A stretch of 16,832 nucleotides of DNA from positions 1 through 16,832 of the forward strand of contig JAQGDQ010002044.1 in NCBI GenBank assembly GCA_030141605.1. The letters are read 5' to 3'. Position numbers and translations under genes: made by a program. This DNA comes from Tubiluchus corallicola (lineage: Eukaryota > Animalia > Priapulida). Of the stretch, positions 1 through 9,152 are shown in pieces (position 1 is the stretch's first letter; each line of letters starts with the position of its first letter). The notes beneath the pieces are model-generated. The model was not told where the DNA came from. It was given only the letters and a program-made list of their open reading frames with translations, and did no database searches.

Positions 1-756
1 TCTGTATATAAGCCGTCTAAACGGATGCAATGTTCTGTGTTCTCTACGACAGAGTATCTACACATTACCAATGATTTAGTTTGACAGAAGGCTTCTATAA
101 CATACGATATTCATTATATCTAAAATAGGTTAGGTACAAGTTTAAGATCACGTATGCCATGTTACCTTTACAAGGTCAAAGCTACCTATGAATGTGGCTT
201 CAAGAAGGCTTGAAATCGTAACTGTTTTGCATTTGCAACAGTCCGCGACGCATCCTACACCTTAAATACATTTTATGTTATTCGCCAGGGAATACTTTGT
301 TCTTTTCATATTATCCCATCTCCATGACACAGCTTTTACAAATTTCAGTTTATCAACCTGTAAACGAGGGGGGATGTGAGTGTTCTCTAAGACACAGTAT
401 CTACACATCACCAATGAGTCAGTTTGGTAGAAGGCTTTTATAACATTCGATATTCATTATATCTAAAAATAGGTGAGATACACGTTTACTATCACGTATG
501 CCATGTTACCTTTACAAGGTCAAAACTGCCTATGAATGTGTGGCTTCGACAAGTGTTTGAAATCGCGACTGTTTTGCATTTGCAACTGTCAGCGACAGAA
601 CGAATGATTAATTGTAATGAATTATAATCAATCGTTCATTGCCTTTATTACACAGCATTATCAATATATTATTCCTTGATATAAATTGCTGCAACAGACC
701 TAACGTTTTAACGTAGGCTTACAATCCTATATTGCTTCTGAAAAAGCTTAGCGATA
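1..756 (+). repeat. Left arm of long inverted repeat (partner 7204-7959); truncated by window start
   Basis: Reverse complement of 7204-7959 (position i pairs with 7960-i). No mismatches seen by eye. The ORF track gives identical 67-aa ORFs at 424..627(+) and 7333..7536(-). Confidence 0.97.
37..596 (+). repeat. Diverged ~215-bp direct duplication inside the IR arm (37-249 vs 380-596; mirrored at 7364-7580 / 7711-7923)
   Basis: Shared blocks such as gtatctacacat, cgatattcattatatctaaaa, atcacgtatgccatgttacctttacaaggtcaaa and actgttttgcatttgcaac, with scattered substitutions and indels. Confidence 0.92.
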
Positions 757-903
757 ATGAACGAAATTTTAGTTTTGTTCGGAAGCGGTCGGCAATAAAT
801 TCCATTTTGATGTTCATGCTATATTGATGTTCTTTATAAGGTGCAATAAAGAAATTCTATTCACAAATCATCAGAAAGACAGTTCTGCACATAAACTTTA
901 TGC

Positions 904-939
904 TTTATTACACAGACAAGTATAATTTTGGCTTTTATT
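904..939 (-). promoter_or_regulatory. Candidate polyadenylation signals (AATAAA x2) for deiminase gene 1
   Basis: tttatt on + at 904-909 and 934-939, about 90-120 nt past the stop codon. The hexamer is common in AT-rich DNA. Confidence 0.4.
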
Positions 940-1027
940 TGTTACTTTATGAAAAAACATCTCCAGAAAGCTTGAAAACATTGGAAAAACTGCCAACAAC
1001 AATGTGAACAAATACTATGACTGCTCG

Positions 1028-2125
1028 TTAGTTGGGGAAAGTGCCAGTCTCTCTAGCAAGCTCAATCATCTTACGGGCATTGTCGCCAGTAGCTTGCCAA
1101 GACAAACATCTGACACTACCACCCATTGCACACACAACATCTGCATTCACAGGTACAACAGTTCTATCCGTGTTAGTCTGTATTAGTTCAATGACATCCG
1201 GGTTGCCGGACCCAAACACGGGCAGGTACAGGTAGTTCTCCGTCAACACGCCATTGACATTGTATCCACAAGCTGAGGAAAACTCCGGATCCGGACCGGG
1301 AACGTAGGTAACCGGCGGAAGTTCAATAACAACGAGCGATTGTCCAAAAGACTGGTACAGTTCATCAAGTACAGCTTGACGGAAGTATGGTGCTTCCTCA
1401 TAGTTTGTCATAGCAAGTTTGTCACGTCCTAGAAACATGACCATACCATCTGCATGACCAAGGGCAGTATCCATGGGCAGTAATGCTGCTCTTGTCTGTT
1501 CACCTGTTGGACTTTGGTAGAGGTATTGAAGTTCTGCTTTGGCGCCATTCTGTGTCAGGTTGTTGTCATACATGAATTTCTTGGTGGCGATGACCTTGTC
1601 TTCGTAATTATCAACAATATTTCCTCCATCATTGTACCACATTAATGGATCGTAGAGAAACTCCACATCCATTGCTTGTGCTGTCTCCCTGAATACTCTC
1701 TGAACACGGTTTGCAAGAGCTTGGCTGCCACCTTGAGCTTTTGCAGTGTACGTGAAAGCAAAGGGAATGTATGGATTGACAGTAGTAAAATCTCTCATCC
1801 ATATGTCCTCCATTGGTCGTTGCAGCTGCAGCAGAATGTCGTCAGGTAGCTCGGGTCTGAAGGTCTCCAAGTTTTTTTCATCTCCGAAAATGACAATGTT
1901 GTCTTTTCCAATTATCTGTTTGGCATAGTTGATTTGGAACCTCGTTATGTTTTCGTAGAGGCCATATTTCTGCTCGTAGTAAGGGTCGTTCCACAGAGGA
2001 GGTGCAAGAACAATCAGGTGCTGTCCTTTGCTGGATGATGCGTCATTGGTAAACTCTTCCACGGGATAACATTGCACAGTAAGGCAAAATACACACAGAC
2101 CAATATACACCGAAAAGCTATGCAT
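1028..2125 (-). CDS. Agmatine deiminase / peptidylarginine deiminase-like protein (PAD_porph, pentein fold), predicted secreted, 365 aa, intronless
   Basis: Motifs DIWMRDF, NDGGN, GHADG, NVN and GGSVRCLSWQ match the Asp/His/Asp/Asn/Cys catalytic layout of AgDI/PPAD enzymes. The hydrophobic N-terminus MHSFSVYIGLCVFCLTVQC resembles a signal peptide. Confidence 0.9.
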   Translation of the reverse strand: MHSFSVYIGLCVFCLTVQCYPVEEFTNDASSSKGQHLIVLAPPLWNDPYYEQKYGLYENITRFQINYAKQIIGKDNIVIFGDEKNLETFRPELPDDILLQLQRPMEDIWMRDFTTVNPYIPFAFTYTAKAQGGSQALANRVQRVFRETAQAMDVEFLYDPLMWYNDGGNIVDNYEDKVIATKKFMYDNNLTQNGAKAELQYLYQSPTGEQTRAALLPMDTALGHADGMVMFLGRDKLAMTNYEEAPYFRQAVLDELYQSFGQSLVVIELPPVTYVPGPDPEFSSACGYNVNGVLTENYLYLPVFGSGNPDVIELIQTNTDRTVVPVNADVVCAMGGSVRCLSWQATGDNARKMIELARETGTFPN

Positions 2126-2177
2126 CTTTTTAGTGTGGCTAGCTTCTCAGAAGTGTGTCCAGTATGGAATACCATAC

Positions 2178-2183
2178 TTTATA
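2178..2183 (-). promoter_or_regulatory. Candidate TATA box for deiminase gene 1
   Basis: TATAAA(G) on the minus strand about 53 nt upstream of the ATG at 2125. Confidence 0.35.
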
Positions 2184-2456
2184 TTGCATTCATAGCCCTA
2201 TCAAGATTATAATGTTTATGGCAGAGAGGATCTGTTCACGTTGTGTGTATTCAGCTGTGAAATTCACATGTATAGATCATATAAAGTAAATGTGACAATC
2301 ACATTTTTATGTTGAATGTTGTGCCAGAAAGTATGTGTATATAGGCCTTAGTGAAAGTCACTAAACCAATTCAAGGCCTCGTGATGAAACATTTAAGTCA
2401 CAATATCAAGTCTATAATGACTATAATAACAAACAACCCTGAATATTTGATTTGTG

Positions 2457-3479
2457 TTATTTGCACAAAGATTTTCTGGCTTTTTCTATAATGACTTTTG
2501 CATTTTCACCAGTGACTTGCCACGACAGACATCGTACGGAACCTCCAAGAGCACAAACGCCATCTGCATTTACAGGAACAACAACTTTGTCTGTCTTCGT
2601 TTGCAAATGACTGATGACATCTGGATTTCCAGAACCAAATACCGGCACATACAAATAGTTCTCTGTCAAAACACTGTTTACTGTAAGTCCATAAGCAGAA
2701 GCAAAATTTTTGTCAATTGGAGGTTTATCTCCTAGGTGTGGCATTTCTAAGACGTCGACTGACCTGCTAAAAGCTCGATATAATTCTTCATGTATGTCAC
2801 GTTTCAGCTGAAGATTGTGATCAAAGTTTGACACAGCTAAAGTGTTTTTGTTGATAAACATTACCATGCCATCTGCATGGCCAAGAGGGTCGTCAGCGTC
2901 TCGTGGGATTATAGCAACTTTCACTTCTTGTTGTGAATTACTTTGATACAATTTCTTAAGTTCTCTTATTGCGTCGTGTTTGGTAAGCTTGTTATCTTTG
3001 AGAAACTTATCGGTTACAATGATTTTGTCTTCGTAATTGTCAACCAGGTTTCCACCATCATTATACCAAGTGCAAGTATTAAATTTGACGCCTATTTTCC
3101 GAAATGTCTTCTGGAAAAGCTTTTGGGCGTATGTGGCGTCCTGTGGCATTCCTGTCTGTGCTGTCTCTGTATATTTGAAGGCAAGGGGATTGTATGGATT
3201 GACAGTAGTAAAATCACGCATCCATATGTCAGCCATGGGTTTGTCTAGTTGCAAAAGTGCATCTCCTGGTAACTCTTTTCTAAATTTAACTAGATTCTTG
3301 GAATCACCAACAATAACAACATTGTCCTTTCCAAGTATGGTTTTTGCATAATCAATTTGAAATTTTATGATGTCATCAGAGACATGGTACTTTTTATCGT
3401 AGTACGGGTCATTGTCGGTAGGTGGCGCTAGAATAATCAGATGGCGATTGTTGCTTATTGCGTTTGCATACGCTTCCAT
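2457..3479 (-). CDS. Agmatine deiminase / peptidylarginine deiminase-like paralogue, no signal peptide, 340 aa, intronless CDS
   Basis: Same motifs (DIWMRDFTTVNPY, WYNDGGN, GHADGMVMF, GGSVRCLSWQ) and colinear with gene 1. The start is in a strong Kozak context (tcaccATGG), with an in-frame TGA five codons upstream. Confidence 0.9.
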   Translation of the reverse strand: MEAYANAISNNRHLIILAPPTDNDPYYDKKYHVSDDIIKFQIDYAKTILGKDNVVIVGDSKNLVKFRKELPGDALLQLDKPMADIWMRDFTTVNPYNPLAFKYTETAQTGMPQDATYAQKLFQKTFRKIGVKFNTCTWYNDGGNLVDNYEDKIIVTDKFLKDNKLTKHDAIRELKKLYQSNSQQEVKVAIIPRDADDPLGHADGMVMFINKNTLAVSNFDHNLQLKRDIHEELYRAFSRSVDVLEMPHLGDKPPIDKNFASAYGLTVNSVLTENYLYVPVFGSGNPDVISHLQTKTDKVVVPVNADGVCALGGSVRCLSWQVTGENAKVIIEKARKSLCK

Positions 3480-3599
3480 GGTGACAAGATTTCAACAAAA
3501 GCATCAAACACTGATCAAAAACAGTCTTCTCCTTCAGGTTACAATCTTATCTTGCTAAAAGCTTCCCAGAATCGGTGGATCAAATGTAAACCATAATTA

Positions 3600-3620
3600 C
3601 TGAAAACCATAGAGAGAAAA
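3600..3620 (-). promoter_or_regulatory. Candidate 3' splice acceptor of a 5'-UTR intron of deiminase gene 2
   Basis: Minus strand reads ttttctctctatggttttcAG (polypyrimidine tract plus CAG), ending at 3600, 120 nt before the ATG. Confidence 0.4.
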
Positions 3621-3885
3621 CAGTTCAAAGAGTTCAGTAGACCAAGTACACGCATCAAAGTGTTAAATATACGGTGAACTTTGTCACATTTGCTTGTAAG
3701 ATTCTAATTTAAAGAAAAGCTCATTCAAATGCAAAACATGTAATCACCACCGCACGAAGAACAGCCTACGACCTTTAGAAACATCTTAACAAAAATTTCG
3801 ACAAAGCAAAAAGACAAAGACAAGATTTATTAACCGTCTCTCACTTAACAGACAACATTAGCACTAATGTCTATTTGATATCTTA

Positions 3886-4047
3886 TGGCGGGTTCAGACT
3901 TAAAGACTTCTCTCGCAACTTGTTGCGCAATTTCTCTCCGAGAGTAAAGTTGCAACGTGTGAACGGTTTGGCAACTTCTCTCGCAACAAGTTGTGAGAAA
4001 ACATTTGCGCAACAAGTTGCGAGAGAAGTCTTTACGTCAAAACGCCA
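3886..4047. mobile_element. Palindromic MITE, PIF/Harbinger-like
   Basis: Perfect 30-bp inverted repeat 3901-3930 / 4005-4034. Termini are (t)ggcg...cgcc(a), flanked by tta and taa. The cttctctcgcaac motif is repeated internally. Confidence 0.7.
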
Positions 4048-4214
4048 TAATACTTGCACTACAACAATACATATAAGGACGCAACACACAAATAACGAAT
4101 AACATGTATTGTAGGGTACATGCCCAAAGTCAATTGTTAATGAGATGGAAAATTTGCAAATTTTAGGATAATCTGCTGAATCTGTTGCTAGCAAAGTAGT
4201 GCTGCGAAACTTGA

Positions 4215-4620
4215 AGGAAGACAGGATGATTTTCATATACTACCCCATTTTCAAGTCTGATAATTAGCTTACATTTTAACACAATTAATACTGCAAAAGA
4301 GATTCTGATAATTAAATAATAGATTAAAAACTTAATTAACCACGGGCGAGCCCAACTATTGATGACATCACAAACTAACATAATTTTCAAAGGCAAAAAT
4401 ATTCCAGGATCGTGTTGCGCGTGTTTGCGAAAACGAAAATTGAAGTACAGTGCTGCTGTAAGATATTCAGTGTGTTGTATTAAAACTAGGCAAGTTTTAA
4501 AATAAAAATTCAAATTTCAAATTTACCAAACGTGTGTAGTTCGTTACAAATAAACACATCTGAAGTGAGAGGTACAGCGCCTGTTTTTTGTGCAATTTTT
4601 GAAAAAATAGTATGTTTCCT
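4215..4620 (+). mobile_element. Non-autonomous DNA transposon, Kolobok-like (copy 1)
   Basis: Starts ttga|aggaagaca and ends tgtttcct|taaa (short imperfect TIR, TTAA-like flanks). The first ~245 bp are homologous to 8646-8929. Confidence 0.55.
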
Positions 4621-5099
4621 TAAAGAGTAGATTGTTTTGAACTACAGTTTAAGACTGGGTCCGGTTTGCTTTAAATACTCGGTGTTAGTGTAATAATCCT
4701 TTACTTCTTTACAAGTGATTAGATGCTTTATTAAACCTTTAATGCTTTTACTTTACAAGTATTTTTAAAGCACCAAGCCTTTTGCTTGGCTACATTTACG
4801 CCAGGACTACCAGTTCATGATTGGGTCTGGTTTGCTTTAAACGTACTAGCAAATGAACTCACCTAGAGCTGCCTACACAAATGTAGGCCTAGGCACCGTG
4901 GTAGAGAACTACAAGAGCTATTAGGTACTAAATCTAGGAATATATTAACCAGCTAACCAGCTAATGTAAAAGTTAGACAAACAAACAAAGTACGATGACA
5001 AAACGCCTGTGCTCTCCCACGGGCTGGATTATTGGCTTACACAATATTTATCAACGTTTAACAGTCAAAATAGACACTGACACACTTGACTTCACCATT

Positions 5100-5318
5100 C
5101 CACGTCCAGAGCAAGCACTGAAATTGGTTTAGAAGCATTCTCAATTTTCCAACATGGCGTACTGTACACTGTACATCTCAACACACCCACCGAGACAGCA
5201 GGAAAACACAATAAACGTCCAGGGCAGGCAGTGAAATCGGTTTAGAATCATCCTCAATTTTCCAACATGGCGTACTGCACACCTCAACCCACCTACCGAG
5301 ACGGCAGTTAAACACAAT
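5100..5318 (+). repeat. Two-copy imperfect tandem duplication (~110-bp unit)
   Basis: ctcaattttccaacatggcgtactg ... accgagac ... aaacacaat occurs twice. Confidence 0.85.
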
Positions 5319-5746
5319 GAGCTATGACTGCATGAGGCATATCTAGTACCTCTACAATTATGGCTTTCCTTATACCGTACAATGAGGGTACTCAGATTTT
5401 TCAAGTTGATTATTAGCCTAATTTTCCACGAGGCTTATTAACACATCCATAAAGAATTCAACAGGACTGTAAAGTTCTAACAAAATGTATTTTTGTCCTT
5501 TTAACATCCCACCCCCTCAGTAGTAGTCGGATCCTTAGTAGACCCGAGTCTTAAGTAAACACTGTAAGCACGCACATTTGTTTGTACATGTATTAGCATG
5601 AGTGCGAATACTAAATAATTATGTGAATATATGCTAAAATATAAAAAATATGTTAAAATTTTAATTTATATAAGTGAATTAGCAATAAATTAAAAAGTAT
5701 GCTCTTCTAAATCACACACTTTTCTAGGTCTATGTATTTGCAAAAA

Positions 5747-6400
5747 TTACAAAAATTCCTTCAAGGTCGGCTGCTTCATTTTCTCGCGAAGAAGTTGGCC
5801 CACAAAGTTCTCGTAATTATAAAAACGTTGAAAATCTCTTGTTGTGCGTGACTAAAACAGTTCTGAATCGTCTGTTCACTTACACTGCTCTTATTTGCAG
5901 TACGATGTTTACTCTTGTAAGTCACAAGGAATACCGGCTAATTACTGTACCTGCATCTTTTACTGTTAACTCATTAAGCCTGAAAGCGTGATTTGCAACA
6001 GAGCATCAAAAGGAAACTCCTAGGCAAGTGATTAAACGTTTAGCTTTCAGAAATTCTTTGGGTAACAGTGGGAGAGCGGGTAACAGATTCAAAGCAAAAC
6101 CGCTACGCTAGCGTATTAGCACATGATAAATATACCTGCTTATAAACAAATTGGTACTTAACATGATTGTTTCTGCATACATATTGCACAAAAGGGAAGT
6201 AAAGATGACATAAAAGTAGGAAAGACTCTTTCGGTACCCACAAATATCTTATTTAAGTAAGTAAAGGAAAAATATTGAGTCAATTATGAGGAGTTATTTG
6301 AGCCAATTACCGATGGTTTTTATGTATATTTGAATAGAAGCGGCGCGTTCCAAGCGTTTTTGAGTCAATTAACCGTGAGTCTATTAAGCGGCGCCTACTG
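5747..6400 (-). mobile_element. Internally deleted Tigger/pogo-like DNA transposon remnant
   Basis: The minus strand begins TA|CAGTAGGCGCCGCTTAATAG, with repeated subterminal gagtcaatta-like motifs (6278-6386). Fragments VSEQTIQNCFSHA and, in another frame, KMKQPTLKEFL* (stop 5747-5749) resemble Tigger transposase C-terminal motifs. The second TIR was not found. Confidence 0.55.
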
Positions 6401-6800
6401 TAATGACAATGATAGTGATTGTGATGGGTGATAGTGGTGGCGATAGTGATAGTGATGGTGACAACAATAGTGAAAGTGATAGTGATAGTCATGGTAATAG
6501 TGATAGTGGTAGTGGTAGATACAATATAATGATAGTGATAGTGATAAAAATTGTGATGGTGATGGTATAGTGATGGTGATAGTGGTGGCGATAGTGATAG
6601 TGATGGTGATAACGATAGTGAAAGTGATAGTGATAGTCATGGTAATAGTGATAGTGGTAGTGGTAGATACAATATAATGATAGTGATAGTGATAAAAACT
6701 GTGATAGTGATGGTATAGTGATGGTGATGGTGATACTGATAGTGACAGTGACAATAACAGTGATAGTGCTAGTGAAAGCAGTAATAGCAGAGGTCGTAGT
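6401..6800. repeat. Degenerate (GATAGT)n microsatellite with a 148-bp higher-order duplication
   Basis: gatagt/gatggt units. Landmark motifs recur at a 148-bp spacing (cg at 6441/6589; tacaa c at 6522/6670). Confidence 0.92.
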
Positions 6801-7203
6801 TGGATGGGGGAAATGATAGTGGCAATGGAGTGCATGCATGCGCAGACAGAAAGGTTCGTGTATTTTTTAAAGGCCTCACAAATAGGTGGGGACCACATTC
6901 CACTGCCAATATCACTTAAATATCCACTTTGTATTGTTTTGACCATTTTGACCATACTAAGCAGCCTCCATTTCTTTTTGTTGCAGAATTATCATTATTG
7001 TTGTGACTGTGTGCAAGCTGGTATGTGGCTTCATTAAAATGACACTTCAAGGCAAATTGAGAAGCCAGATAAGATTATTGTGTTTGTGATTTCTTGAACG
7101 ACTAAGGGATAGAAATTGTTTAAATTGTAGGTTTCTGTAGTCATGCACGCGATCAAAGCCTAATGGAAAGGCAGTTTAGTTTTTAATGAAGCCAATTTGT
7201 TAA

Positions 7204-7959
7204 TATCGCTAAGCTTTTTCAGAAGCAATATAGGATTGTAAGCCTACGTTAAAACGTTAGGTCTGTTGCAGCAATTTATATCAAGGAATAATATATTGAT
7301 AATGCTGTGTAATAAAGGCAATGAACGATTGATTATAATTCATTACAATTAATCATTCGTTCTGTCGCTGACAGTTGCAAATGCAAAACAGTCGCGATTT
7401 CAAACACTTGTCGAAGCCACACATTCATAGGCAGTTTTGACCTTGTAAAGGTAACATGGCATACGTGATAGTAAACGTGTATCTCACCTATTTTTAGATA
7501 TAATGAATATCGAATGTTATAAAAGCCTTCTACCAAACTGACTCATTGGTGATGTGTAGATACTGTGTCTTAGAGAACACTCACATCCCCCCTCGTTTAC
7601 AGGTTGATAAACTGAAATTTGTAAAAGCTGTGTCATGGAGATGGGATAATATGAAAAGAACAAAGTATTCCCTGGCGAATAACATAAAATGTATTTAAGG
7701 TGTAGGATGCGTCGCGGACTGTTGCAAATGCAAAACAGTTACGATTTCAAGCCTTCTTGAAGCCACATTCATAGGTAGCTTTGACCTTGTAAAGGTAACA
7801 TGGCATACGTGATCTTAAACTTGTACCTAACCTATTTTAGATATAATGAATATCGTATGTTATAGAAGCCTTCTGTCAAACTAAATCATTGGTAATGTGT
7901 AGATACTCTGTCGTAGAGAACACAGAACATTGCATCCGTTTAGACGGCTTATATACAGA
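7204..7959 (-). repeat. Right arm of long inverted repeat (partner 1-756)
   Basis: Reverse complement of 1-756. It may extend past 7959 because the partner arm is cut by the window edge. Confidence 0.97.
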
Positions 7960-8645
7960 TTAGTTTACGTAGATGATTATGCTGATTAATATTGTTTGTT
8001 TGTTGCACTGTTGCTAATGTTGTTTGTGTTTGTAAATATTGCGATATATACATATGTTAGCATTGCAATTTATCGTTTCTCTTTTTGTAGCAGTTTAAAA
8101 CACAAGTAAGTACGCCATCCTACATATTAAAACGCATCTCTTTTCATTCAGTTTTTTTCGGTTTTTGTAACTAAAGAGAGGGTAGTTTAGGAACTTCGGA
8201 CATTCTGCCCCTTTAAGATATCAAATTGTTCTTCAAGATTCCGCCCAAAGATCAACAAAATACTAATAAAATGCTTTTCTTGAATTTCCTTTAGATACAA
8301 AAAAATTTCCTATCTGATAGCTTAAAACTCCCACGCTTTAAGAGCAAAAAAAAAATAACTAGAACTTTTACAAGTTTGTCACATGGTGCCAGAATGCACT
8401 GAGTCGATTTTTCAAGTTTACGACACTTCTAATGCTATTGCAGTCTAAACGGCGCACATTTTTTGCGCCACCCTGATATTTTATGTATACGTAAAGAGTT
8501 ATTTTTCTGCCTCGTAAGCTGTCTGGTCTTTGCATGGTCTTCTGTTTGTGTTAGGAGAGTCTGGAGAGGTGAGATAACTACAACTTGATCACCTCGCTGC
8601 GTCTTGCTGCAAAGAAAGGCGAGAGATAAGCAACCGGAAGCTTAA

Positions 8646-8929
8646 AGGAAGACAGGATGATTTTTCATATACTACCCCTTTTCAAGTCTGGTAAAAAGTA
8701 TACATTTTAACACAATTAATGCTGCAAAAGTGTTTCTGATAACTAAATAATCATTTAAAAACTTAATTAACGGCGGGCGAGAACTAAATAATCGTTTAAA
8801 AACTTAATTAACGGCGGGCGAGCCCAACCATTGATGACATCACAAACTAACATGATTTTCTACATCAAAAATATTCCACGGGCATGTTGCACGTGTTTGT
8901 GAAAGTGAAAATTGAGTACAACGCTACTT
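8646..8929 (+). mobile_element. Kolobok-like non-autonomous element (copy 2, partial) with an internal 41-bp tandem duplication
   Basis: ttaa|aggaagacagg start, homologous to 4215-4458. aactaaataatc.tttaaaaacttaattaacggcgggcgag is repeated at 8741-8781 and 8782-8822. Confidence 0.6.
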
Positions 8930-9152
8930 CACGGAATCTCTCTTTAATTATGCTGTTTAAATGTTGTTTTTATTATTTATTTTGTCTCGCTTTGACTTGT
9001 GCAAGTTGTATATTCGACTTACGAATACCTGACGGATACTGTAGTGTCATAGACGCCGGTTAAGTGGTTAGCCATTTTGTAAATTCATTACAAATCACAT
9101 TATTTTCAAACTTCTATCTGAAAATTCCTTAAAAAATGGACGCTGGCCGCAT

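Noticed and set aside
424-627. 67-aa ORF and its mirror at 7333-7536
   Set aside because: It has a TTG start and no recognisable motif, and the paralogous unit at 37-249 has indels and stops. The identity only reflects the inverted repeat.
1004-3351. Plus-strand ORFs overlapping the deiminase genes
   Set aside because: They are antisense shadows of real CDSs.
1028-3479. Bacterial aguA operon or contaminant insert
   Set aside because: There is no Shine-Dalgarno signal or aguB/aguD-type neighbour. Kozak-, TATA- and splice-like signals and eukaryotic TEs flank the genes directly. Read-level confirmation is still needed.
6307-7037. His/Thr/Ile-rich ORFs
   Set aside because: They are translations of the GATAGT microsatellite.
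7026-7194. Small MITE defined by a 14-bp inverted repeat (tggcttcattaaaa 7026-7039 / 7181-7194)
   Set aside because: There is no TSD or second copy, so support is insufficient, although it sits next to the inner boundary of the large IR.
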